Origin: Convolutriloba macropyga
Taxonomy: Eukaryota
DNA: 64,000 bases
Direction of reading: 5' to 3'
Assembly (NCBI RefSeq): GCF_964194025.1
Contig: NC_134469.1
Span: forward strand, 6,386,001-6,450,000
The notes beneath the pieces are model-generated. The model was not told where the DNA came from. It saw nothing but the letters and a program-made list of their open reading frames with translations, and did no database searches. A program made the position numbers and the translations under genes. Below, one piece after another: positions 26,801 through 39,125 of the stretch (positions are counted from its first letter, which is position 1; the number at the start of each line of letters is the position of its first letter).

Positions 26801-27557
26801 ATTATTTTAGCGCCAAAATAAAATTCGAAATAGGGTCAATTTTAGTTTTTTTTTATTTATCGGCAAAACTACACACGGTGTTCACGGTGTTCCATTCACA
26901 GCCTGTGATTTTCTCAAAATTTTAAAAAACAATTTCCCTCCAAGCTTCTTTGGCTGAATTTTTACAAGAAACTCACGAACATTTATACGAAACTCAAAAA
27001 TTCCGTAAGTGGCGGCTTACTACAGATAGATTTCATAATTGAGCTCACAGCTTTCAAGCAGTAAAAAAACTAGACGATACTAAAGATCAGACTAGTATCA
27101 TATCTTTGTGTCTCTAGTAAATTTACTTCAATAGTTCAACGGTACATCAAGAGCCAATCCGGAACTACAAAAGGGGGGTCAAATGGGGCGCATTTTTTCT
27201 CGTTTCATTCTGAGCTCAAACGTACCAAATGTAGACCAAATGTATACACAAACCAAACGTTTCAACATAATGGCAAATTTGTAACGGAGGTCTTTACTAG
27301 GGGGTCGACCGTGTATTTAAGGTAGGGAAATACCCCCCCCCCCCCCCCAGGTCGACTTTATAAGTCTTTTCATAAAGCCGACCTCTCAACTAGGGTTCCA
27401 GACGATAGGCCGAGTTCGCTCCGGTCGAGCTCAGCTTTAATTAGCAATGAGGGTTAATTTCTTAACCATTATCTTCATTCTCAGAGATTGCCCTATTCAA
27501 ATTTAAATTGTGTAAAGTACACCATGCAAATGATTTAGTACTATTTAGTACTATTTA

Positions 27558-27782
27558 GACTATAAAGACTGTGATCAGACCTTCCAGACCGAATCGACCT
27601 CTGATCAGACCCAACCCAGACCATGTTCCAGACTATAAAGACTGTGATCAGACCTTCCAGACCGAATCGACCTCTGATCAGACCCAACCCAGACCATGTT
27701 CCAGACTATAAAGACTGTGATCAGACCTTCCAGACCGAATTGACCTCTGATCAGACCGAAATCAGACCATTTTCCAGACTAT
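27558..27782. repeat. 73-bp tandem repeat x3 (CAGACC-rich)
   Basis: gactataaagactgtgatcagaccttccagaccgaat starts at 27558, 27631 and 27704; a partial fourth copy starts at 27777. Confidence 0.95.
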
Positions 27783-28330
27783 TGTGCGCTCGAACCGCTT
27801 TCCAGACCCTGTAATTTTTGTCTGGGAACACAGGGGTGTGCGCTCGATTGGGTCTGATCATTGCTCAATTTGGGTCTGGACCAAAACCTGGGTACAGATT
27901 AGTCAATGGGTTAGTACCACAGGTTATAATAATAATAACCATTCAGCGCCAACCTGTAACGATAAGGGATAACCCGGACCTTGCTCAAAGTGAGTTTCAG
28001 CGCTGCACCATTTCATTTCAATTGTAACCAGTACTGAACCAGACAAATAGCAGTATAAATACTTTTGCCAGTCTGCCCAGAGTCGATTAAGAAATATCCC
28101 ACTCTTCCCTTCTTCTTCACAGTCTCTTCTACATTCTTGGTCAACACTGCACAGAATGTTTCACATTTCTCTCATCCATCAGACTGTACATACAAAGGAC
28201 ATAGCAAGTTTTGAAAATTTCGAATAACTGACATCATGCTTAAAACGTTTAATATGGCGATACCCTCAAAAGCTATTCTAGCTCAAACTATACCATATAT
28301 TGGTGCATTTACATCTTTGCAGTGGAGTCT

Positions 28331-28552
28331 GAGGCGGAGGTCGGAGGTCGGACGTCGGAGGCGGAGGTCGGAGGTCGGAGGTCGGAGGCGGAGGTCGGAG
28401 GCGGAGGTCGATGTGGCGGCGGTCGGAGGTCGGAGGTCGGAGGTCGGAGGCGGAGGCGGAGGTCGGAGGTCGGAGGTCGGAGGCGGAGGTCGGAGGCGGA
28501 GGTCGGAGGCGGAGGTCGGAGGCGGAGGTCGGAGGCGGAGGTCGAAGGTCGA
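28331..28552 (+). repeat. Compound (GGAGGTC)/(GGAGGC) G-rich microsatellite
   Basis: Interleaved 7-mer and 6-mer units, directly visible. Confidence 0.97.
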
Positions 28553-28689
28553 ATTAACTCCTTATATCCTTTAACTCCTTATTTTCCAATATTTATTTAT
28601 ATATACTATCTCCTTATTTATTTATCCAATATATTCATGAATTAACTTTTCTCTTGAAGTATTCTATTTTGTACATCGTAAAAGCATGA

Positions 28690-28830
28690 TTTGCAGAGAG
28701 GCATTATTTATGCAGAGAAGCATAACTAGCAGAGCGCATTTTGCACAGAGGCATTATTTGCAGAGAGGCATTATTTGCAGAGAGGCATAACTAGCAGAGC
28801 GCATTTTGCAGAGAGGCATTTAATTGCAGC
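28690..28830. repeat. ~17-bp minisatellite (gcagagaggcattattt)
   Basis: About 8 degenerate units. Confidence 0.9.
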
Positions 28831-29024
28831 GCGCTAGAATGAGATCAAAGAGTTCCGGCGTCCTTCAAATAACGATTAGCGTGGGTGTTACGCATTCTGA
28901 GTAGCTTAAACGCAGACTTAATTACATGTATGCACATATTGAAAACAGGATGTTAATTAACATGCGCATGAATGAAAGTCATCATGTACATATCAACTGC
29001 ATAAATGATTGCTGAAAGTTACCC

Positions 29025-29188
29025 TGTAGTGAAAACATATTTCTAGCATTGAAAAAGTCAAATTCAGATGTTTTGTTTCCATGTTTTTTGGTAACTGACA
29101 GTTAGCAATGTGGGACATAAAGTCAAGTTTTTTGCGGCAAATCATCTTAACTTCCGTATTTAGCCATCTTAAAGTTGCATCCGCAACA
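29025..29188 (-). repeat. BEL 3' LTR
   Basis: tgtagtgaaaac...gcatccgcaaca. Confidence 0.95.
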
Positions 29189-29354
29189 TGCTTCACGGGG
29201 GCAACAGGAATAAGAGGGTAAAACACGAATAAATCCACCAAATAAATATTGTTTCCAATTCCAGTTAGAATCCATAAACCCAAATTAAATTGAATAAAAC
29301 TATATGCAACCCCTTTTGCCTAAAACCGGAGCGCAAAAAATATCAACAAAAAAG

Positions 29355-32300
29355 CTAATCAGCGAAAACACGGGCGAGACCGGACACGGGGCGGACGAAG
29401 GTGCCGTAAGCCGTTCTCACTTTAACTACTCTGTTGTTACCATCTCGTCCAGGGAACACTTCTTCTACTCTTCCCAGAGGCCAAATACCACGTGGGGTGA
29501 AGTCTTTCAGGATCCACACCACATCGTGGACTTTGAGTGAATTCCCGGCGTTTTCGGTCCATTTTGGTCGCTTTATCAAGGTCGGTAGGTATTCCCGGAC
29601 CAGTCTCCTCCAGATGTGGTTGAGGAATTGTTGAACATTCTTCCAAGAATTCATTTTAGCTGGTTTGGTTTACGGGAAGATACCAGGGGGAAGAGAGTTG
29701 TAAGGACGCTGGAGTAGAAAATGGTTTGGCGTCAATGGTTCTTCGTTTTCCATGGCGTCCGACACGTTTGTAAGTGGTCTGGAGTTCATCATAGCTTCTG
29801 CTTCAACCATGATTGTGTGCAAAACGTCAAAAGTAAACTTTCTTGACCCTAGAATGATCAGGAGCGTCCGCTTGACACTCTGGATCAGCCGCTCCCAAGC
29901 TCCGCCAAAATGAGGGCCATAAGGTGGATTGAAGTGTCACTTGGTGTTCTGTGCTGCAAGTGCTTTGTTAATTTTATCCTTGTCGAGATCATTCAGACAC
30001 CTTTTGAGTTCTTCTTCGGCACCAACAAAAGTCTTACTGTTGTCACTGCACAAATCAGCGGGCTGACATCTTCGCGAAGTGAAGCGGCGGTAGGCGTTCA
30101 GAAAAGTGTCTGTATTCAAATCTGGACAGGTTTCCAAGTGGACAGCTCGCGTTACCAGACAAGTAAAGATGAGGCCGTAGTGTTTCTTAAGCTTATTTTT
30201 TCCTTCCTCAATGTAAAATGGGCCGAAAAAGTCTAATCCGCAGTTGGCAAATGTAAATTGTTTGTTTTCAGTCGGGAAGCGGCAATCAGGTAGTGGTGCC
30301 ATAAAAGTCTCAATGCTTTGCGGATCGAAACGTCGACAAAGGAAGCATTTGTATCTAATACTCTGCAGTGTTCTGCGGAGACCGATTACGTAGTACCTTT
30401 GCTGTACAAAAGCCTTAGTGGCTTCCGTTCCCTGATGCACACAGATGCGATGGGCCTGTTCGAGGTATAAACGACAAATGTGATCTTTTGCATGAAGTAG
30501 TATTGGCCGCTTGGCCAACTCCAGTTCACTGGGAGCAAAAATTAGCCTTCCACAGACGCGTAGTATACCGTTCTTATCAAGCATTGGGTTTAACGACCTG
30601 TGTTTGAATTTCGGGTCCAGTTTACGGCTACTTTTTAGCAACTCGATGACGCTTGGGAAGCTATTGACTTGCGACATTTGTATCAAGTAAGATTTTGATA
30701 TCTCAATGTCTTCAACAGTGTATTGATGGTGATTGCCACGCTGTTTTTTCGCTCTGTAGATCAGATTGAAAACAGTAGCTATCGTTGGCAAAATCTTTGT
30801 CCATGTTGAAAACTGTTTAGGGTCGAGTACTGGTTTCTTGGTTCTTAAGGCAGATCGTGTTGTTGCAGCACAAATCGGCAGTTGCTTTGTAGGTCTACAA
30901 AAGACATCATTTGTGGAGAGAAAATCTGGTAGCTTAAACCATTTTGCTTCAATTTCCTTGGGTTCTAAACCACGAGTACCAAGATCAGCTGGGTTTAAGT
31001 TTGTCGCAATATGATTCCAATTGTCAGGTTTGCTTTTTACTTTTATTTCTGCAATGCGATTAGCAACAAAAACTGGTTGCTTCTTGGAAGAACCAATCCA
31101 GTCAAGTACAACTTGACTATCCGTCCAATAAAAAACATTGCTGATTTCAACAGAGAGTTCATGTCTAACAAAATTCAGGAGTCGAACACCTGTGACAGAT
31201 GCCTCTAGTTCCAACTTTGGAACGCTCAACTGTTTAACGGGCGCTACCTTGCATTTCCCGATCACGAATGCACTTTGTACTTCGTTGCTGGTCTTATTCA
31301 AGCTCCTGAGGTAGACAACAGCACACGTTGCAACAATCGATGCATCAACAAAAACATGCAACTGGTTCTCTGTCTCCAGTAGATTCTGTGTTGTCATCTG
31401 TCGTGGAATTTCAAGTTGAGGCATAGAGTGATAACTGTTAAGAAGCTTTTGTAAGGGATGTAGAAGTTCAATTGGGAGTGGCTCGTCCCATTTTCTACCT
31501 AACTTCCAAAGTTGCTGAAGAAGAATTTTGAACTTTATTGTCATTGGGCCAGGAAACCCAATTGGGTCAAAAATCGATGACACCAGACTGAAAAGTTTCC
31601 GTTGAGTGTATTGTTCAGCTTCTTTAGGGAATTCTCATAGGGATTTCATGAAAAATGTATCTTTTTCAAGGTTCCATTTTTGTCCGAGGACTCTTGTTTC
31701 ACTCTTGGGCTCCTCGAGGTCTTCTGGAGTAATACACTGAAGAGCCTGTTGATGGTTTGCCAGGAATTTTGTGAGGTGGAAACCACCGGCTCTCAGGCAA
31801 TTCTTTACTTCAAATTCAGTCGCGTTGGCGTTTTCAGGAGAGTCGAAGGACTGGATGTAGTCATCCATATAAAAATAAGACTTTATAGCGCTCTGTGCTT
31901 TTGGATATGTCTCGACGTTGTCCTCTGCGCATCTGTTTAAGACAAAAATTGCACAAGATGGTGAGCAAGTTGCACCGAAAATCAATCTGGTGAATTGAAA
32001 CTGTCGCACATCATTGTCAATAGACCATAGGAAACGTAGTGCAGATTGACCTTCATTTCGGATGCCGATTTGCATGAACATTCCTTCAATGTCTGCCAAA
32101 ATAGCAATAGGTTTTTCACGAAATCTGACCAAAGTTCCTATTAGACTGTTTAAGAGGTCTGGTCCTGTTAGAAGTTTGGAATTTAGTGACTCGCCTTTGA
32201 ATTTTGACGCTGCATTGGCGACACGACGCACTTTGTTTGGTTTGTTTGCGCTTTGAACAGGGTGATGCGGCAAGTACCATATTTTCTCGGGGGGTGGGTC

Positions 32301-35300
32301 TGTCATTTCCACTGGCTTGACGTAATTTTTATCGAGATCTGTGACAAGAGTCTGTTGGTACATATCACTTAGTTTTGGATCATTATTAAGTCGTTTGTTC
32401 AAACTGTTTAGCTGATTGAGGGCAGAAAAATAGTTATTTTGAAGATTGGCAGGTACTTTCCATGGAAGACCTATTTCATACCTTTCCCCTGTGTGGTTGA
32501 TATTACTCTCAAGTATTCGAATGGCAGACTTTTCATCTTCAGTGATAGTATTATCTTCTTTTCTGGTACCATCGTTCTCTATTGACCAAAATTCTTGTAT
32601 CAAATTGTCCAAGGGTTGTTCTGGACTTTTCCGACAGACATGGTATACAAATACTTTCGATTTATTAGAAGATTTTGAAGAGCGGTTTCCTAGTGTGTTC
32701 AGGTACTCTCCTGCAAGTGTCCATCCAAGCTTCGTCTTTACTCCGAAGGGGCGGATTTCGGTGCCTTGAATTACTTCAGTAGGATGCGTAAAGGCAAAAG
32801 CATTGACACCAAGGAGTGCTCCAATCTTACCTTCGGCAATGTCTGGGAAATATATGTGTCGAAGTTCATTGAATGCATCGCAAACATAGTTTAGCTCACT
32901 GACATTGGCTGCATTAACGTTTAATGTAGGGGTGCTGTAGGCTCTGGATATTTGGAACTTTTCATCAAACTGATTGAAAGGGCAAACTGTTATTGGTTGC
33001 TTTATTTTTGATAGGGGCATTTCGTAATCAACGCTTAGATATTGAACAGTAGTTGAAGATTGATATTCGCGTGGGAGTTCCAGGTAGTCAGAAACAGCAT
33101 CTAATAAAAACGTAAACTGACTGCCGGGGTCAATGAGAGCATACGTGTCGAATACTTTATCTTCTTTGATAAAGGATACTGGCAGCAGCTGTAACTGCTC
33201 AAACCAATATTTCGGTGTACTGGATATTTGGTTGACATTGAAATTTTGGCTGGTAGAAGGTCCATTCAAATTCGCACGTTTCGATGACTATTGATTATTA
33301 TTATTTCCGAAATTTTTTCCATACCTGAGATTGCTTTTGGGTTTGAATTGTGTTATTTTATTCTGAGTTGCTTCAATACTTTTTTGCGTTTGTGAGTTGT
33401 TGTCGTCTTTCGATGACCAAGTTTGTTGACCTGAGGTTTTAGTTTGCTGTTGGACGTTGCTGGTAGTAAAAGCGGCATGTGTTCTGCTGAATTGTTTAGC
33501 TGGATTATGTAGTGTTGTATGGTGAAAACCATTACACACTTGACAACGCTTCGAGGAGGGACAAGTGTCTCTGCGATGTCGATTACTTAAACAATTTGTA
33601 CACAAGCTATTTTTCTGGATAGTTTGAAATCGACCTTCAGGAGACAATTTATGGTAGTCTGAAAAAGTTGCAACAAAATGCGGTTTGTGACATTGAACAC
33701 AATTTGTGTGCTTGTTTGCAAACTGTTGCTCATTTTTCGAGCCGTTGTGATTAACCTTTCCTTGATCTAAATCGTTCCTTTGAGACTGTCTTGCAGTTGT
33801 TTGCTTAAACTGTTCTTGAACCAATTGTTGTGCTGTCACAGCAGGATAATTACCGTTTTTGTTGTGAGTGAAGGTACTGGTTCTATTTTCCTGGTTTACT
33901 TTGTCATAAACCCTTGCTTGAACATCAAGCCATTTTTGAAACTCAACAAGGGTAGTTGTTGTAACATTCTCTGTCAGGGTGTATTCAGCCCATTTAAGAA
34001 GCAAGTTGTGGGGAATTTTTTCCTTCGCTTTCCTCAATAAAGTAGACGATTGAAGGTCGGCTTGAAAACCTAGGTTCTGAAAAGCCTGGTCAAGTCTCTT
34101 TAGAAATGAAGAAAATGCTATGAAGGATTGCTTGTTTTAAGAACTGTTACATTTCCAGCTCTCTAATTGGTTGATAAAAGCGTTGACAACAACTGAAGGG
34201 TCGCCAAAGCGGCTCATTATCTCGTTGAGGGTTGTATTATAATAGGTTGGATCACAAGAGTAAGCATGTATCAGATCCTTTGCCTTACCCGACACTGAAT
34301 TCTGTAGGTAGGTTATTCTGTGTGTGTCAGTAATTGAAATGTTATTGTGAACCATTGAGAAAAAATTATTTATCCACTTGTGATAGTGCATGGGGTTACC
34401 ATTAAAATTTTGCAATTTTAATGGCGGTAATTTGATCGAGCATTTTAGGTCGACAGATGTTGGCTGAAGTTCACTATTGGTCATTGAGGGGATAAATTGT
34501 CCAGCTGTAGCAAACACTGGAGCCTGATGCTGCCTTACGCTTGAAGTTGGCAAGATGTTAGTTGGATAAAGATTAGGTAGAGGGGGAGGTCACAACTGCG
34601 AAATTTCGTCGTTTGAATGACTCTGATTTACAGCGGGTTCAGCTGCCATGTTCTTAATGGGTAAAGGATATGATAAATAAGCGTTTGTGTTGTTCTGACC
34701 AATATCCACCATACTGGTTTGAGGAGCCGGATTGAAGCTATGGACTGGTTTGTTCGCTTCTTGAGAGGTTGTGGGATGCGTTGTAAGAAGTTGTATATCG
34801 CTCTGCACTGACTGGATGTTTGCTTGCGCTGGGGTAGTATATGGGTAAACAGGAGGCCTTTGAACTGCTAAACCCTGAATTGGGAAGCTGTTTGTCAAGG
34901 TTGTGTTTTTTACAGGATCATTGGGACCGATGTAGAAAGAACTGACATGTTGCACAAAACTGTTTTCAGGCTTTTGAGGTTTGAGTTGAACATCTTGTTC
35001 TTTTGAAAAACAATAGCTCTGGACATCCGAAACTACGTTTGCAGCTGTTGTTGGTTGTAGATTGTTTGTGAAACAATAATGCATAGGCTGAACGTAGCTT
35101 TGTTTAGATGAGTGAGGGCTTTGATCTATTGTCACGTATTCAGGTCCATGATTAAGAGGCTTGTCAATAATTGCTCTGCCAAGGAATGGGTTTCCACCTT
35201 CATCTTGAAGGGTTAGACAAGGTACTTTGACGTTTCGGAAGCCTCTCTGACTTTCAGGGGTCAAAGATAAACTGAAACGGTTAACAAACTGCTTTTGATT

Positions 35301-36104
35301 GGATTGAGAACCGCTGAAATCTAAATCCTTTGCCGTTAGGAAATTGGGTTCTTGGTTCAACTGATGATCCAAGTTTGACATGTTGAGAGGCGGCAAAGTT
35401 AAGGTTTCTTGTTGATGATTAGCATTGGGTTGTTCTAGGGTGTTTGATGCCGTTGGATGATAATGACTAGCATGATGTGTTGAGTTGGAGTCAACAAACT
35501 GGTTTCTGTTCTGTTGATGGAAATTTTGTTGTTGATTTATCAAATGGCTAATGAGAGGATCCTGGATTTGCTGGTTGTTCAGGAATAGTGATGGCTTGAC
35601 TGGTCTTGGAGGAATGGGCGGTGGGTTAATGAAGACTGTTGTGTCGCTCGGTTGTGAACTGGCTGCTTGCTCGACAAATGTTTCTTCAATGATAACATTG
35701 CGTGTTGGTGTTGATCGTTCTGAATCCAGTCGTCGGCTGCTTGGGCGAGAAAGAATTGTGACGTCATCACGAAATCTTGTTGAGGACTGGCTTAATAGAC
35801 CATCATCGTCCAATGTGTCAACTTCCAGTTCGGATTGCTGCAGTCTGGATGTTAAGGCTTTCTGTCTGTCGAGAATCGAAGTTGCTGTACTCTGGTGAGG
35901 CTTCGCCCTCAACACTGCTTCTGTCTTTTTGTCCAATTCTGTTTGCAGCGTTTTGGCTCGGCTTATCAGTAGATTTAATGATCGGAAGCTCTTTCTATCG
36001 TCTATTGCCTTCTGCAACAAATCAAGCTGGCTTTTCAAAGAACTTTCCGTTGATTTAAACATGTTCACTGCAAACTGACACTCGTCGTTGTTCCTTTGCG
36101 ACAT
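29355..36104 (-). pseudogene. BEL gag-pol polyprotein (~2249 codons in one frame, six internal stops)
   Basis: DUF1759-like KLPPLKLQNFNGNP, three Cys/His knuckles (CTNCLSNRHRRDTC, CQVCNGFHHTTLH), protease ALIDPGSQ, RT YLPHHPV...YMDD, RNase H LHVFVDAS, integrase H-H-C-C / GLDFFGP / SDN / GAWERLI, and DUF5641-like tail. Stops at 34590, 34137, 33288, 31635, 29937 and 29670. Confidence 0.95.
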
Positions 36105-36710
36105 CTTTGATCTCTGTTGTTGTTGTTGTTATGCTTGTCTTTCAGGTTAAAATGAAAACGGCTAAAAACCGGAGCGACGAACTTTTGATGTCAAAATCTA
36201 ATTTGGCTAATCAGCCAAAAATTTCCTATAAAAGTTCAGCGACGCAAATATTTTCAAAAACAAGAATCCTAAGGTTGTGGTGGTGCTAATTATAGTAGAT
36301 TTTATTTGCTAAAAAAAACTCGTTCGAACGTTTATCGTCTTTTTTTTTGCAGGACCAAATAACTGCTACGAATAGATTTTCTTTTTTGTTTTCAAGTAGT
36401 TTTTTTTCTTCAGACAATGACTGTAATGGTTAGTTTGTGCTTTCTCCCTGAATGTAAGCAAAAACAATTAGTTCTACTGTTTTACTTTTACGAGAGGCCC
36501 AAAAGGAGGTTGCTGAAAAAAATATATAATTTTTTTTTCTTTTTTTTTTGCGGAGCGACTAGGCAACGAGGGTTACAAGAAAAAACGTTGGTTGTTGAGT
36601 TGTCTCTGTGTTGATTTAGGAAAACCCCTAAAGACTTTACTGTGTAGAACTGCTTGAGGTTCTTGAGAGATGTTTTGCTCTTCTAGAAATAATTGAAATC
36701 TTCTAAATGG

Positions 36711-36890
36711 GGTGACTACTGATACCAAAAAGAAAAGGCTTCTCATTTCACAATGGTGACTTCTGAAACCAGTAAAAATTATCGATTTCTTCTCGGTAAC
36801 TACTGGAACCGTGCAAAATTTGTTCTTCTGGTTGGTGACTACTGAGACCAGCAGGGGAATAGGGACTTCTTCTCGGTGACGTTTGTGACC
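36711..36890. repeat. Array 1 of a 16-bp GGTGAC-N4-GA-N-ACC motif (5 copies, ~40-bp period) in the BEL leader
   Basis: Copies at 36711, 36755, 36795, 36834 and 36875. Confidence 0.85.
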
Positions 36891-37279
36891 GCGACGGTTC
36901 TTAAAGTTAACAGGGGAAAACTTTTTGCTTTTTTTTCTGCTGAAGGCTATATTTTATATATATCGTTTTGCAAATCTTTCAAAAAATCAAAGCTTTGTTC
37001 TAGTTGGGAAGTTGTTTTATGTGTTTTGCTTCCTTTATCGGAGGTGTTCTTGGGATTTTGTTATAAGTGTTTTCTATTTTTAAAGAAACCTGTTTCGAAC
37101 TTTTTTCTGTAACACTTATTGATTCCAGACTGCGGATATAATATACTCGAAAAAAAAATTTTGAGACAATTTCAAAATCTGACTCAAAAAATGAGTTAGA
37201 CTGTTTGATTCACAATTTAGGTTTTTTTTGTGCAGTCCGAAAATCGAAACCGTTTTTCTCTTCTTTTTTCGAAAGGCCT

Positions 37280-38650
37280 TTTTAACTTCTCTTTTTTTTC
37301 TGAGGCTGACTCATATATCTACTAAATATCAACTTTCGGCAATTGCACGGTAAGTCAGAGGGCTAGCTTGACAATTTGGTTTGCTTTCAAGGCGATGTGT
37401 AGTCAGAAAAAATTTTTTTTCTGATTTCAAAAAAGTTTTCTTGGCAGTTCGCGTTATTGAGATCACAATTCGATGTATTGACCTAAATAGCTTTCTCTCC
37501 AGTGTAAAATTAACTCACAGGACTAGCATACGAGTTCAAACTGCAAATAGACAGGATATAAGGTCAGGAAATCAAAAGGAGTTTTTTTTTCTGGCTTCAG
37601 AAAAATTTTTAAAAAATTCCTGATCTTTCTTGTTTTTGAGATCCCAGTGTACTATATCGACTAAAACAACTTTCTGGCTACTGCAAAACTAACTCAAAAA
37701 GATAGTTTAAGAGCGTTTTTTGTGAATTAATAGGGTATGGGGGTCAGAAAATTGAAATGGGTTTTTTTGATTTTTCATTTTTTTTTTTATTTCAGAAAAA
37801 ATTTTCTGCTATTATTCGTGTTTGATGACTCAGTACACTAAATCGACCAAAATAGCTTTCTGGCTACTGCAAAATTAACTCACAAAGATAGTTTAAAGGT
37901 TTATTTTGTGAATCAAAAAGATATGGGGTCAGAAAGTCAAAATGTGTTTTTTGATTTTTCTGATTTCAGAAAAAATTTTCTGACAATTCTCGTTTTTGAT
38001 GGCTCAGTATACTATATCGACCAAAATAGCTTTCTGGCTACTGCAAAACTAACTCACAGAGATAGTTTAAGAGTTTATTTTGTGAATCAATGAGACATGG
38101 GGTCAGAAAATCAAAATGGGTTTTTTGATTTTTCTGATTTCAGAAAAAAATTTCTGACAATTCTCGTTTTTGATGACTCAGTATAATATTTCGACCAAAA
38201 TAGCTTTCTGACTACTGCAAAACTAACTCACAAAGATAGTTTAAAGGTCTATTTTGTGAATCAATAAGATATGGGGCCAGAAAATCAAAATGGGTTTTTT
38301 GATTTTTCTGATTTCAGAAAAAATTTTCTAACATTTCTTGTTTCTAAGACTCCAGTATGACATATCGACTAGAATGCCCTTCTTGCTATTTGAAAACTAG
38401 CTCAAAAAAAAATAGTTCGAAGGCTTTTTTGGTATTTCACTAGAACATGCAATCAGAAAATCAAAATGGATTTTTTGATTTTTCTGATTTTGCGACCGTT
38501 TTTCTGACTTTTGGCCTTTTTCTCACCAAATTTTTCTTTCAAGGTATTTAAATTGCTTTTACTTGCTATTAGAAAAATAAAACTAGTCTAAGTTTATCAA
38601 TCGAGGTGTTATAGTAGCAGAAAACAGGTTTTTGGGGGACAAATTTCAAT
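37280..38650. repeat. ~174-bp satellite-like tandem array (6 clear units, ~8 total) in the BEL leader
   Basis: The aatagctttct-like anchor occurs at 37486, 37665, 37851, 38025, 38199 and 38373, with fainter edge units. Confidence 0.92.
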
Positions 38651-38720
38651 TTTTTGGTGGCTTTTTGTCGAAAAAATTAGAGATTTTTGGCTCGATCTAA
38701 CCGGGGAACAGGACATCAGA

Positions 38721-38851
38721 GGTGGTGTCTGAGACCTCGGGCGGACTTCTGCTGGTGACGTCTGAAACCAGTAAAAAAACTAGAACCTCTTGTAGGGGTG
38801 ACGTCTGAAACCCAACTTCCAAAAAAATTGTTCTTGGTGACATCTGATTCC
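38721..38851. repeat. Array 2 of the 16-bp GGTGAC motif (4 copies)
   Basis: Copies at 38721, 38754, 38797 and 38836. Confidence 0.85.
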
Positions 38852-38961
38852 AGTAGAAAATCCATGCAGGAGATCGTTGTCTGCTCTTGTCACAACCAAG
38901 TAGTCGTTAGCGTCTGTAATTGTACGTCAGAAGGTTGAATGTCGGTTAGTTACCATTAATA

Positions 38962-39125
38962 TGTAGTGAAAACATATTTCAAGCATTGAAAAAGTCAAAT
39001 TCAGATGTTTTGTTTCCATGTTTTTTGGTAACTGACAGTTAGCAATGTGGGACATAAAGTCAAGTTTTTTGCGGCAAATCATCTTAACTTCCGTATTTAG
39101 CCATCTTGAAGTTGCATCCGCAACA
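38962..39125 (-). repeat. BEL 5' LTR
   Basis: Matches 29025-29188. On the minus strand it is followed by tattaa-TGGTAACTAACCG, a possible PBS with no tRNA assigned. Confidence 0.95.

Larger units (their letters stand above)
29025..39125 (-). mobile_element. Full-length BEL/Pao LTR retrotransposon (10.1 kb)
   Basis: 164-bp TG...CA LTRs at 29025-29188 and 38962-39125 with 2 mismatches. Flanks taccc/ttccc form a 5-bp TSD with one mismatch. Gag-pol has BEL domain order. Confidence 0.96.

Noticed and set aside
20245-27200. Calling the unknown tract a Polinton/Maverick
   Set aside because: No matching TIRs and no polB, integrase, ATPase or capsid motif could be read.
28236-28645. Arg/Gly/Glu-rich ORFs
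   Set aside because: They are translations of the GGAGGTC/GGAGGC microsatellite.
29189-29354. env-like gene in the BEL element
   Set aside because: Only ~165 bp lie between the pol stop and the 3' LTR.
29304-36058. Plus-strand ORFs antisense to BEL (and similar ones antisense to Gypsy and the GPCR)
   Set aside because: Shadow frames of real coding sequence with no motifs of their own.
29355-36104. Alternative genetic code or programmed readthrough explaining the split BEL ORFs
   Set aside because: All three stop types occur, at scattered positions, which fits decay.
36711-38851. CRISPR array (repeat-spacer look)
   Set aside because: Repeats are only 16 bp and degenerate, spacers partly resemble each other, there are no cas genes, and the context is a eukaryotic retrotransposon.
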